Shown in pieces: positions 52,001-64,000 of a DNA stretch of 64,000 nucleotides. The notes under the pieces are model-generated. The model did no database searches and had not been told where the DNA came from. It worked only from the letters and a program-made list of their open reading frames with translations. Both the position numbers and the translations under genes were made by a program. Position 1 is the first letter of the stretch. Each line of letters starts with the position of its first letter. Origin of the DNA: Orbicella franksi (lineage: Eukaryota); contig OZ116711.1 of assembly GCA_964199315.1 (NCBI GenBank), positions 23,002,001 through 23,066,000 of the forward strand. Reading direction: 5' to 3'.

Positions 52001-55000
52001 CACCCTGCAGACAGCTACCTTAAGTTCGGAAAGTGGAACTTCCCTAAATACGTTTCTCAAGGTCCTCTTTTGTGGATTTTTTTAAAAAAGTAAACAGACA
52101 CTACTGCAGATAAACAATAGTTTCCTTACTCTTAAATTTTCTTTTGACAGGATATTTTTATTTTCGGTTTACTAACACCTCATACAGGAAATAAAATCAC
52201 AGAAGTTAACTTATAACAAACTTGTGCATGTCGCACTTGTAATAATTCATTAAGTTCATTCATCTGATCTTAAGTAGCATAGATTTTTACACAAGACAGT
52301 GTTCAACCACATTTCCAAACACTTCAAAGTTCGTCAAATATACTCTGCTATGTGTCAAATTTTCAAATTGTGGTCAAACACGGTCTCCAGTGTTTTATGT
52401 ATTATGTCAAACATCATCAAACCTGTGGCTGTTGATAATAGAACACAGTTTCTGCACCAGCTGCCACTGCTTGCTGTTGGGGGTACTGCTGGGTTTGCTG
52501 GAATTGTCCATAAACCCCAGTGGTTGGAACAGTCAGTAAAGGTTGAGCAGGCAGTTGTTGTTCAGCCTGCGGCCACTGTGTGCCCATTAGAGATGTCACT
52601 GTATAACAAGAGATAATAGCATCTTACATGGCTGGACAGATATATAAAAATTATTTAGTTTCCTTCAACATAATATTTCTGCCAAATCATGAAATTTAAG
52701 ACATACAAAACTTCTTTCCATTTTTGTGAAAACTAGTGAGACAATCTCAGATAGTGCAGAGCGCAATTGATAGCACTGATACAGTAGTCCCATAAGTACT
52801 CGCCCCTGCTTGGTTCACTTCCGGTTTGTGTCTACCTTGGTAGTCTGCTACGGCTTTTCCCCTTTGCAGCGTGTATGTTTCAAGGTTGCATTTTCATTCA
52901 AGGTCCAAACATTACGCACAAATTAATTACTACTGGTGCTTTAAGTTGATTTTCGTTCATTTTAAATTCAACAATACACTGAAGCAGCAAACGTGACAAT
53001 TTAGCTCTTCACGCCAACTTTGTAACTTGATACTTTTGTTTTCCTCGCAAAGCCATGTAATATGAAACCCCTGTTTTCTCCAAAACATACGGAAGATGTC
53101 CTTGTTTTTTGGAGATAAATGAAAGAAAGTTAAATATCTGATGTAGTGATGAAGAAACGGAACAGAGACGATGTTTTACTAAAAATGCAAATTTTTACCG
53201 ATGAACAAGAACTAATTTAATTATCAGATAGTCACGAAATATCACTTTCTTTTTCTGTTGCCACCTTTGTTGTTAACAATAAAACAATTCAAAATTAACA
53301 CACAACGATATTGATGGCTGAGAAGCTTTTCAACGAAAAGTATTGAAGATAAACAGCGCTACTTGGCCGATATGAATGAGTCTCCTCAAAGACTGATTAA
53401 ATTAATTTGAAATTTTATTAGGTGCCACGGCGTCTGCAGCAATATTTGAGCATTTTCTTGGTTTCTTTTGTTACAAATTCACAATTTGCGGAGTATTAAA
53501 GCCACTAACTTGAGAACTTTTTGGTCTCTCTTACAGACACAATTAAGGCAAGAAATAAACAAGTCGCTAAGGAGAAGCAATATATTTGAATCCTGACAAG
53601 CACACTATTGTAGATTGAAAACAGCAGATGATATTTGTTGAACCGACCTGTTTGTAATTCTAAAAGCTTCGCAGCCACAGTAACGTTTCACTTTTGCAAT
53701 AAAAAGGGACAATTGGCGCTACCTGAAAAATAACTGCCGTCCTTGGTCACATGACACGATATATAAAATACTGCTTGTAAAGATAGTGTATAACACTAAC
53801 AATGCTAGAACGCATGCGTCTTACATGTTGAGCTCTACCATAAGGAAAACCACTCAACATTTGTGCGTGATTCCGTATGCAATGTATCCTTCACCTAATA
53901 TAGAAGCCACGAACCCTAACTAATCTACGCATGCGTTTAGGGCAAATTAGTTTTGTTCTAAGGAGAATGGTACCACAAGGAGAGCAAGGGGTTACCGGAA
54001 ACAAATATATAGCTTTGCGATGTTCAAAGTTAAGCGACGGCGATGGAATGTGTTTTACGTAGAGTACACATGTACCTTTCCCACCCTACTCCCACTACTT
54101 CGTTGCCTCTAGACTAATTAATTAATTGAAATTAATTAATTAAACAAACATTAAAGTTTACACCTTAGCGCCATAGGGCCATAGTGCCATAGTGCCATAG
54201 CGCCATAGCGCCATAGCGCCTTAGTTCCTTAGCGGCAGGCAACCCCCATAACCATCCCAATAGTGCACTCTGCACTAATAAGTTCCTACCCGGTATTTAC
54301 ATGTATTATAAGTAGGTGAGTAATAACTTTATTCAATGAGGGTAAACATAACAGTCATAGACTGATAAACTTGTGGCCTCCCTTAAATTTAAAGTACAAC
54401 AATCTTAAAAATAGTTAAAAAATTAAAACACTAAAATAAGGTAATGAAGAAAGGATCACAAATTTATGATAATTATAAAAAAAATCATAAAAATTGATAA
54501 TTCCATAGTAAGAGTTCTTTAAATAGTTGATTTAATTTTGTTTAAAATATTAGGTATGTTATACCTAGTAAATGACCGATACTAAAACATATTGCAATCA
54601 CTCAAGACAAACTACAGCCAAGTAATAACTAGAGTCTAAAGGGATTTGAATTTAGTGTTGAAAAACCAAAACCACAGTAATCGCTCAAACCAACACAAAG
54701 GACACAGACAATCCAGAGAACCAATCAAAACCAATAGTAAATACATAAAGCCAATGCAAGCACAGGAAAATGTGTGTGAGCGAATCACAGTTGGTTTTGG
54801 TTTTACTTCTGATTGGATAAAAAAGTGGCACAATTTTTTTTATGTCAATCTTTCAAAGAAACGAGACGAATCCTTACTTAGCCAGCAAACAGACTGAACA
54901 CAATTACGCTTCAATTGTTTTGCCCCCTCAGCATCTCATAGTAAACTTTAACTTACTCAAGATGGCCACTGCATCGGTAAAAAGGTCTATTACTTTCAAC

Positions 55001-58000
55001 ACTCGGGTGAAAACTACTCTTATACCTTGCATAGGTGTGTTTTGAGTGATTGGAGTGGACACTGCCACACTTCCAACAGCAGATGGAACATGTTGATACC
55101 ACTGATACTGCTGTGTCTGGGGGGTTACCATGGGAACAGGAGTGGGTTGGGATGGCGGCACCTGGCTCTGCATAACAGCTCCTGGTTGAACCGTTCCCAC
55201 TGGTAACTGAACAACGGGTTGTTGTCCTGGCACCTGACCTGTTGAGGTATACTGTGGCTGGAATAAAACAAACAGCAGTTGGTGAATGAGGTCTTCTTCA
55301 CATACTAAGTACACAAAGGAAAGCAGTACACAAAAGAAAGGAAACAAAACTGCACTAAAATACAAGACTCAAATAATGGTTAAACAATGTAACCAGAGAA
55401 GAACTGATGTAACCAAAGTAGGATTGCACACGAGGTCTTCTTCATGTATTTTACATGAAGTAATGGATTAAGTATACTTTACCAAAGTTTGAGACTGGGG
55501 ATCCTGTGGTGCATAAAATGCAGTTTGTTGAGTTGTGTCTGTTGGAAGTACAACATAACCAGAGCTGGCTACTGTATTAACAGCTGGGTCGACATGAGCC
55601 TAAAATAACAAATACCTCAGGTCACCACACATCCATTTAATACATGTAAATTATACCTGTAGACACTCTCACATCAAAGGTCACAAGTACTAATTAACAA
55701 TAATATTAGATTATGAACTCAAGATTTCTATGAGGGAATAGTTGATGAGGCCAAAGCCTGAATCAACTATCGCCTCACAGAAATCAAGAGGGAATAATCT
55801 AGTAATTCTTTTAGTAGAATTCTAACTGAAATCTCCTTCAAATAACAATTCCAAAATTTTATTTCTGTTTTTAGTATTAAACTTCAACCTTTAAAGAATT
55901 CGTGTGGACTGAATTGTCAATTTGACATTTGCAGCCGTGTGTGTTCAAAAATTTTAAGCCTTTTTAATTTGAAAAACTGTAAATGCCCTCCTTTTAGACT
56001 TCTCAGGAGTTTGATTATCCATTTATTCAAAAATGTTCCTTCAAAATTTTGGACAAACGAAAAAAATGTCGCCATTTCATAGACGACCTCCAGCCACTGC
56101 ACACTGATGGCTGATAGTGTGCGATTACTCAGCCAATCAGATTGCACAGTTTGCATCAGTGTTCAAGTAGAATTCTACTAATACAAATTAGTATAAGTAC
56201 TCAAATGGTTACAAGTGAAATTAGGAAATAATTTCACATGCATGATGCCAAAATTCTAACAAAATTTCCAAGCCTTTAGGTGAGGGAAATAATAATAATT
56301 CTAATAATTCTTATTAGAATTCCCAAGTGGAATTATTTCACTAGTATACCATTAATTTTGATTACCTTTTAATATCATGGGTGATAAATAATTATAATTA
56401 TGCTTGCAATTTCAGGTTTTTGACTTGTTTATTGCATCGAAAAATTTTGTGCCAAATGTTGCCATGGCAGTTTTGTAATTACACATTATAAATTATAAAT
56501 TAACGCTGAAGTTTCATGCAAAAATTAAGGAGTAATAAAATGTCACCCATGATATTACATGTGACATTATTCTAAGTAGCAAAGTACTTTTTATGATAAT
56601 ACACAATAGCAGTGTTAATACATGATGTTCAAGATGCATTTATCTACAATTGTTTACATTTTCTTACAATTTGTTGTATTCCAGGTACCCCATGCTGTGC
56701 TGCAGTGAGATCAGTTTGACCTGCCACTGCACTAGCAGGAGCAGGAATTCCCATGAGGGGAGCTGGATCAGGTGGTACTACCTGCGGCACTGCAGCCTGC
56801 GTCTGCATGGTAGCAGATGTGGCATACATCATTTGGCCGTTAGGCATTTGCTGGGTAGGTACCATGACTGGTTGTTGGGGTGCCTGTGGCATGACAGCCA
56901 CTTGTGTCTGAGCCCCAGGTAGGGGACCAGGATAGGAGGCCACAGATCCACCAGGGACAGTCTGAACTTGCATCTGTTGTTAGTGAAATAGTCAATGAAA
57001 TAGTTACTGTTAGATGTTTAGTGCCAAGTATTTCATTATTATTGATAGTTATCTGTATAATCCTCCAATACATACAGTTTAGATGTCCATAGCCAGAATC
57101 TACTGTAACTGAGAAAATGATAAGAAAGGAGTCGGAGATCCTAAAGGACTTACATGTTAAAACTTATAGGATTACAGATCACAAAAAGAAATAGAAAAGA
57201 ACAATAGAAAAAGAAGTGCAAGAAAGGGACAAAAATGTAAGACTTGCATGTCTAATAACACTCTGCAGAGCTATCTTCGGGAGTTTTGGATCGATAAGAG
57301 AAGAAAAGTAAACGTAAAGAGGTACTGATCAGGAATCGTGAATGGAAGACTTAAATTCCTACCTACACTTTACAGAGGAATGTTGAGGTAATTTAGATCA
57401 CGGGAGGAAAAGAGTGAAAACAATGTCTAGAGAAGAGAAAGAAAAAGACCTTGAGGGAATAAGCTGTTTATGTCTTGGCTCAATTTTACCCTTGGCCATG
57501 GACCAATTTGGTATAAATTTTCCTTTGTTCTGGTGTATGGCAATGTATTATAATACTACATAATATATCGTAAACAAAACAAAAGAAAATACCAAATTGT
57601 ACCGGGGGTAAAATTGAACCAAAACCATCATCTGCATGCACTTACACTCCAAGGAAGTATTCTTGGGGCACTTTGTATTAGAAGTCCAAGAAGAGTACAC
57701 AAACGAAAGAGGTGCAAAGAAAGGTTCATTATAAACCTACCAACTGTGGAACCACAGTTCTAGGTCCCTGTGGTTGGGATGGTACTAGCATTCCTTGCTG
57801 CTGAACAGGAGCAGGTGCCAATACCTCCTGCTGTTGTGCCATGGGTTGAACGGCAGTTTGACCAAACATTCCTGGGTCAGCCACAGGCGCAAATCCACCC
57901 CCTGCCATTGGTTCCCCCATTAGGTTGGGTATGGCCTCATTCAGGGGCTGCTGGGAGGGGTCAACACCAACTGGACCACCCTATTAAAAAAAAGAAATGT

Positions 58001-61000
58001 ATTCCATGTAAGTTGGAACTGTCTCCCATGCATAAGAACCTCTAACATCCAGAGTAACATCTGGAAATGAATCACAGCATGGTAGACTACAGCTCCAGTT
58101 ATGTCCAGACTACTACGTCACACAGATGAGGATAATTATTTGAACACAATTCCAAAAGATTACTGGATGTTGCAAATGCAGCAAAGCACTTGTGATTTGT
58201 ATCATACCTGCATCTGCTCAGGAAAGAAAGCTGTCCCATCGAGCTGCTCTCCAAAGTCCATTAAAGGTCTTGGCTGCATGGTCCCTCCTCTAGGTGCCAT
58301 GGGTCTCACACCTGGTGGGCCTCCGACACCCATTCCAGCAAAGCCCCTTGGTCCTGATTAGAACAAACACACATCATCAACTTTAAATTTCAACCACTAG
58401 AGCTGCCAGGGTAAGGTGTCAATATAGCTTTTTAGAGGAGCTACACGATGGATACTATGTTTCCATTCATAATTCACATCAATCCCCATCTCATCTTTTG
58501 TAAAGCAGATCTATGACGGATAAGAATCAATCACTAAATGAAACATTTTATGTATTCATAAAGAGCTTAACCTGCATGTCTCATTGAGAGTCTTGGCCCT
58601 TGGGACCTGCCCAGAAGGGGCCTGGGTCCATGACCAAACACAGCGCCCCTGGCACCTCCTGGACCTGGAGAGGGTCCTCGTGATCTGGATGCCATAAACC
58701 TTGCACCCTGAAATGAAAAAGAAAAAATTAAAATTAACTGACTAATTAAAACAGCAGAAATTTTACCAGCCTGAAACAAAACTTGGCCACAGGAGTTACT
58801 TGGCACTGAAATTTTGAGGCAAGGGGTGGGGGCGGGAGAGAGAGGGTAAGTAATAATTAAAGAAGGGTGGCTTAGCTTAAAACTATTACAGATTATGAAT
58901 CAGCATACACTTTCTCTTGTTCTATGAGTACCTTCTTACAGTCTGCTTACTGATTTCAATTTTTACAAATGTACAAGCACCTTAGTGATACTTCAAATTA
59001 ACACACTTACTGGATGACCAGGTCTCATAAGTGGTCTTGGTGGTCTTCCTGGATGGTCTCGTGGCATTTGCTGCCAAGGTTCCGATCCCATAAGGGGGCG
59101 TGGTGCCATAAGAGGGCGTGGTCCTCTAGCACCCATCACATCTGCACCTTGAGGTACATGAGGAGAAGGGCCTCTTGGACGAGAACCAAATTGTGACTGT
59201 CCTCCCTAAATAGCGAAGCAAACATCCAAATTTACTCCTGGACCAAATGATGACAAAAATTGGGCAATGAACCAAACTGCTGACTACTTTAAACCTATTA
59301 CACTGAAGAAACTGTATTAAGATCAGTTTCAAACTAGCTGAAAATTCAAACTTTAGGAAAGAAGACAGTTCTAAGCCAAGAAAACTGTTATGACAGTTCA
59401 ACATAAATCAAAGTTTGATTATAATGGTAAAAATATTGTCGTATGATGAAAAATCTCAAAATTGCTCATACCACACTTGTGTTATGATGGCCGCCAAGTA
59501 TGCTTGCCCCGGTTCGTCCTGGTGTCCCATAAGCCACACGGATGTTGGTGCCTTCCAATAATGCTCCGTTATGTGCCTTTTGTCCTTTTTCTGCCTCTTC
59601 TGCCGTTGCGTAATCAACAAACGCAAATCCCCGAGACACACCAGTTTGGTTGACAGCCACCTTAAATCCAGCAATAAATTAGTATTTAATTATTAGTAAA
59701 GGTTTGAACTGATTATGATCTGAATACAATTCAGTTACAGTCACATTCAAAACATTCACGATTCCTCGATTTATTGATGATCATCTTTACCAATATTTCC
59801 CCATCTGATAATCCATAGGATATTATAAACACTGATATCATAAATATGATTGACGTTATTTTACAAACCTGTGCAAATGTAACTGTCCCACTCTGACAGA
59901 ACAATTCTCTCAACACTTCTCCATTGGTAAAATCCCGTGGTAGTCTGTCTACAAACAGTGTCTTTGAGTGCAAATCTTCAAAAGTTAACAGATTTGGCTC
60001 AGCAAAGTTTACTCTGAGTATTCTTCCACCAACATATTTTGATCCTGTGCTCATCAACTGCTGTTTGGCTAGAGACGCAGACTCACGATTGATGTAATCC
60101 ACAAAACCGTAGCCTTTACTCTCACCAGTAAACAAACTGCGTACAAGGAATATTCTTTCTATTGGTCCAAAAGGGCTCATCAAGTTCCTGAACTGTTCCT
60201 CAGTGAATTCAAATGGCAAATTGCCAACAAACAAGAAGCTGTCAGGTGGAGGAATGGACACGCCAACAACATAGCCATGAAAATTCTGACCATTAAGAGT
60301 GTTGATTGCATTAATAGCTTGGTCTGAAGTTCCTAGGAGAACATGTGCTGTAAAGGGAGAAACTAACCCAGTCAGATTTAATACTACATCTGTCAATAAA
60401 TCTCAATCAAAAATGATTCAGTGTTAACCTCTAAAGTTTCTACTAGACCCTCAAAACAACATCAAAAATATGGAAAGACATAATTTACACGTCATTAACC
60501 CTGTAAATAGAAGGCATATTAATATGGCCACATTTTTGTAACCAGATGTATTAAACACAACATTTTACTATAAGCATATATATGCTGTACATAAAATCAG
60601 CTGGATGGAAAGTTACCGCAGTTTTAATACCTTTGAAAGGACGTGTAATAAACTGATACATAATTTATAAAATTAGCAAGCAAGTCTGTCAAACAAAGTT
60701 GTTTATTTTTCTTACATTCTGAACATTATCTTTGAAAAAAAAAATTACATGACTGTTATATATCATTTACTGAATACATTGCATACCTGTATTCTTATCT
60801 ATCCTCAAATCCACAACATCAAAGCCTTTGAGGAAATTTTCTTTCAAATCCTGCCAAAACAATACCTAAGTTAACAGCCTGTCAGCTAAATTTAAAGCTT
60901 GTTGTTGTTGGCTGCACCCAACTTCACAGTTTTATACTACATGTAGCATGCGTGTTCGATAAAGCCTTCTGAATTCCTGTAAATTATCAAGTCACTGACC

Positions 61001-62912
61001 TGATGTTACCAGACCTATGGTCAAATAAACCATTTTCGTATTCTTGGAATTGGACCAGAACACAAATGAGGCTAATGTAGGTAGTCTTTTCAAATGCAAA
61101 TGCATTTATCCCTCTTTAATGAGATATTCTTCCGCACGAGCCTCCATTGCAAGCTAGTTCCAGTTCAATACTGGGAATACAAAAATGGTCTATTTGGGTA
61201 CTGTACATTTATACCTAATCATTCCCTTTAATTTGTTAGGCCTTGGTGCCATATAAGGCTCTTTTGGTATCTCCATGAGTATATAATGGCTTGAATGCTC
61301 CACACCAGAATGCACATCACGTCTTAAACAAACCCACCTATGCCTATTTGGCACAGAGAACCCAATTATTAGAGATTGATTGAGAACCAACCAACTATTC
61401 ATACATTTGATTCAGCTCATGTGAAGATCGGTGACTGACCCAGAGTTGTTCCAGCCATGAAGATCAATCACATTCTATCTAATTCACCTAGGGCAACCAA
61501 CAAACTTCACAAATATCTAGAAATCCTTCAATTAGAGCTCAGGTGCTTATTTCAAATTTAGGATAAGTGAGTGGAGGATGGTAAGGGGGACACTTATTTG
61601 AGGGGAGAAACTTATTAAAAATATTCAACATTAGCATCACCTAAGTATCGAACACAAAGTTGCCCAAACAGTAGTTGACAAAGTCGTACAATATAATAGC
61701 GGAGCTCCGGCGGCCCAAAGGGCCGCCAAGCGGAGCCCCATACTCATATAGGAGAGAAAAGGAAACCCATAAGTTGCTTTTCTCATGGTCATCATGGCTA
61801 GCGGTATTGCTCGTGGGCGCATACGCACGACGGCGACGACAACAGAGTCGCGCAGCATGGCCGCCATACTCCAAATAATAGGTTGACAGAGACATGCAGT
61901 CTTGGTTTACCGTGTACTTCTTTGATATTGGACATCCATGTTATGATCAATTGACACCTGTCAAAACAAGGTATCTGCTGACCAGTATCACGTGACCATA
62001 TCACGGGCTCAAGTTTACAGCTTATCGAGGTCGCGTGTTTTTTTGAAGTTGACCGCTGACCAAGTGCTGGTTTTTGATTGGATCACGGGCTCATCTCAGG
62101 TTAACTTGTTGAAAACAGGGCAGGATTGTTCGGAAGCCGGTTAACGCTAACCAAGGATTAAAAGTTAACTGAATTATAACTTTTTTTTCTATACAAATGT
62201 TTTTTGGCTGCTTTGTTTTGTGTATATAGTGATTATTAAAACTCAAAACAGAAGGCCAAACAATATACAGAAAACCGCGCCGCAAAGCTACAAAACTGAA
62301 GTCAAAATTCTACCTTCTCCTGGGTTATTTGACTCTGAACAACGCAGTCCAGGAGCTACGCTTTTAGGCTGGCCTAAATCTATATATTATGTACTTCTAG
62401 AAAATATCCACATCCCCACCACACCAAGGGGGAAATTTCGCATAAGGTCCCCCTCCACCCCAGAATTTCCATTTTATAAACACAAATAATAAGACCCCTG
62501 GTGGGGATATGGATATTTTCTGGAACTACACAATTTAGAAAAAAAGAAACTGGTTTCTTTATTGTAATGAGATAGCGAAGAAAAAAAATAATCATTTCCA
62601 AACTTGAGGGCACTTATTCAAGGATTTATAATATAATAAGCTCTAAGTTCGCTTCATGTAAAATTAAATATCAACTAAAAGTTTTTAACCCTAGTCCTAA
62701 GCCACTAGGAGGACGGCCATTATTTTCTAGCGTGCAACTTAATTATCGATCTACATCAATAAAATATTATTAAGATAGCTGTCATAACTCACCTTCAAAT
62801 CTCCGCCATCTGGTATGTTGGAAATTAAAATCCATCTTCGTTTCTCAAATTCAACTTTCCCCGGATCAGTTCCTATCGCTGAGCCGCTCTCTAACTGAAC
62901 CGCACCGTTCAT
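49048..62912 (-). CDS. RAVER1: RAVER1/RAVER2-like (PTB-binding ribonucleoprotein): 3 RRMs + long Pro/Gly/Gln-rich tail, 14 exons, about 911 aa
   Basis: In-frame exons: 62793-62912, 60787-60850, 59869-60347, 59472-59660, 59011-59205, 58572-58707, 58208-58353, 57741-57980, 56668-56973, 55483-55599, 55026-55257, 52423-52598, 51730-51945, 49048-49167 (2736 nt). RRM2 LFVGNLPFEFTEEQF...TGESKGYGFVDY, RRM3 LHSKTLFVDRLP...RGFAFVDY. Additional small exons may have been missed. Confidence 0.88.
49467..51231. mobile_element. Foldback non-autonomous DNA transposon (~1.77 kb), TTAA target-site duplication, Kolobok-like ends
   Basis: TTAA|GAGGCCCTGCGCCTAAGAAACGACC ... GGTCGTTTCTTAGGCGCAGGGCCTC|TTAA. Inverted arms run about 49467-50240 and 50495-51231 around a ~250-bp spacer. 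No transposase ORF. Confidence 0.9.
54166..54238. repeat. 8-bp tandem repeat (tagYgcca)n, about 9 units
   Basis: tagcgcca tagggcca tagtgcca tagtgcca tagcgcca tagcgcca tagcgcct tagttcct ... Confidence 0.9.
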
Positions 62913-63395
62913 TCCTCATTGATATCCTCGCCTTATCCACAGTATTTTACGATCAGCAGAAACAACAAATAGGTATAAAGCAAACTATTAGAAATCTTAG
63001 CTCCAATCTCTACACCATTCATAAACGTTTCATAAACACACGCTCGATGGAGAGATGAAATATCCCACAATCCCTCTGACCACTATCTCATTGTTGCCTT
63101 TCGTCAGCAATCGGTGGAGATTCGTAAGAGTTCCCCCGCAAAACGCCATCTTCGGAAATGTTCGGAAATCTTCAAAAAATGCTGTATATTGCTCAAATAA
63201 TCAAGCAAAGGATCAAGAAAAAAAAAAACAGTTAGAACTACGGCGGTTTTATTTAAACTTTTGAAAATTACAGCTGAAATACTTCAGGTTTCCGGCGTTT
63301 TGGAAGGGAAGGGACCGGAGTTCAGAGGGTGCACCCCACCCGCCCGCCCTGCTGTTATTGCACTCAGTTCTGCATGATAACACAAGGAACATAAA

Positions 63396-63563
63396 ATGGT
63401 GCTTGGGACTGCCGTTTTGGTGGGAGTGCTGGCTGGTTTAACTGTACTTTGCGTCTCCGCTTTTGGCGTTCAAATGTACTTTATTCTATCAGGCAAAATG
63501 CCGCAGAGCAAACAATACATGTATCCATCGCATCACACCTTTGTGCCTTTCTACCATGTCTGA
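63396..63563 (+). CDS. Candidate 55-aa single-pass membrane microprotein
   Basis: ataaaATGG start context. Translation MVLGTAVLVGVLAGLTVLCVSAFGVQMYFILSGKMPQSKQYMYPSHHTFVPFYHV*. Plausible 5'UTR intron 63289-63367 (GT...tgcactcag). It falls below the 60-aa ORF-track cutoff. Confidence 0.55.
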   Translation: MVLGTAVLVGVLAGLTVLCVSAFGVQMYFILSGKMPQSKQYMYPSHHTFVPFYHV

Positions 63564-64000
63564 ATCAAGTATGCCAGTGACCGGAGAACTGCTTCGTGTT
63601 TTAGCCCAGCTGGAGTGTTTGCCTTAAGATAATTTCAAGTTACACGAGAGCAAAAAAGGCCCGTTTATGAAACTACCATCCCTGAAACATTTGTAGACTG
63701 TATATGGCATCTGATCTGCTTCTACGAAGATGGTCCGCCACTTGTCTGAGTCAGTTGAATTTACATCTGGAAGCTGTTCTCTAAGCATTAGAAACTTCTC
63801 CGGAACTGTACTGACCTTTAGAAAGCATAATATTAGGAAAAATTACAACGAACACGGCGTGTATTTATAGCGGCCTGAACGATGTTATTCCAGTACACTG
63901 TTCATGTATTAGCCATATTCCATTTATCATACTCAGAAGTCAACATTGTTTGCATGCAAAATCGTTTGCAGTTCAACAGTACATAAATTAAAACCAATAG

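Noticed and set aside
61190-62285. Several 60-85 aa ORFs in RAVER intron 1
   Set aside because: They overlap recognisable repeat fragments (atagcggagctccg..., gaccagtatcacgtgacc...). The true RAVER exon 2 is 60787-60850.

Overview
Eukaryotic, intron-rich, AT-rich genomic DNA. The repeat and gene content looks like a cnidarian, probably a stony coral (inference, not checked against a database). Genes built by hand from splice sites and translation: (1) 3' part of a kinesin-13 (KIF2A-like, +, 161-6542); (2) two-pore K+ channel (KCNK, -, 7685-9271); (3) TPR-array + CHAT (caspase-like) protein with a single coding exon (+, 20049-24500, 1483 aa), 17 near-identical 120-bp repeats and an apparently intact His/Cys dyad; (4) 14-exon TRPV-like channel (+, 28059-37738, about 682 aa); (5) LEG1/C6orf58 homolog (+, 39983-41882); (6) intronless ANKRD63/ANKRD34-like gene (-, 42621-43694); (7) 14-exon RAVER1/2-like RRM protein (-, 49048-62912, about 911 aa); (8) candidate 55-aa single-pass membrane microprotein head-to-head with RAVER (+, 63396-63563). 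Introns and intergenic DNA hold tRNA-derived SINEs, many MITEs and a 1.77-kb foldback element with a TTAA target-site duplication. The best candidate for an undescribed system is the TPR-CHAT locus. It combines a recombining, surface-variable TPR array with a catalytically intact-looking protease domain. It is surrounded by IRF/ISRE-type motifs and a perfect NF-kB palindrome, which suggests an inducible innate-immune receptor-protease. That function is inferred, not shown. All coordinates were read by eye, and repeat boundaries are approximate.
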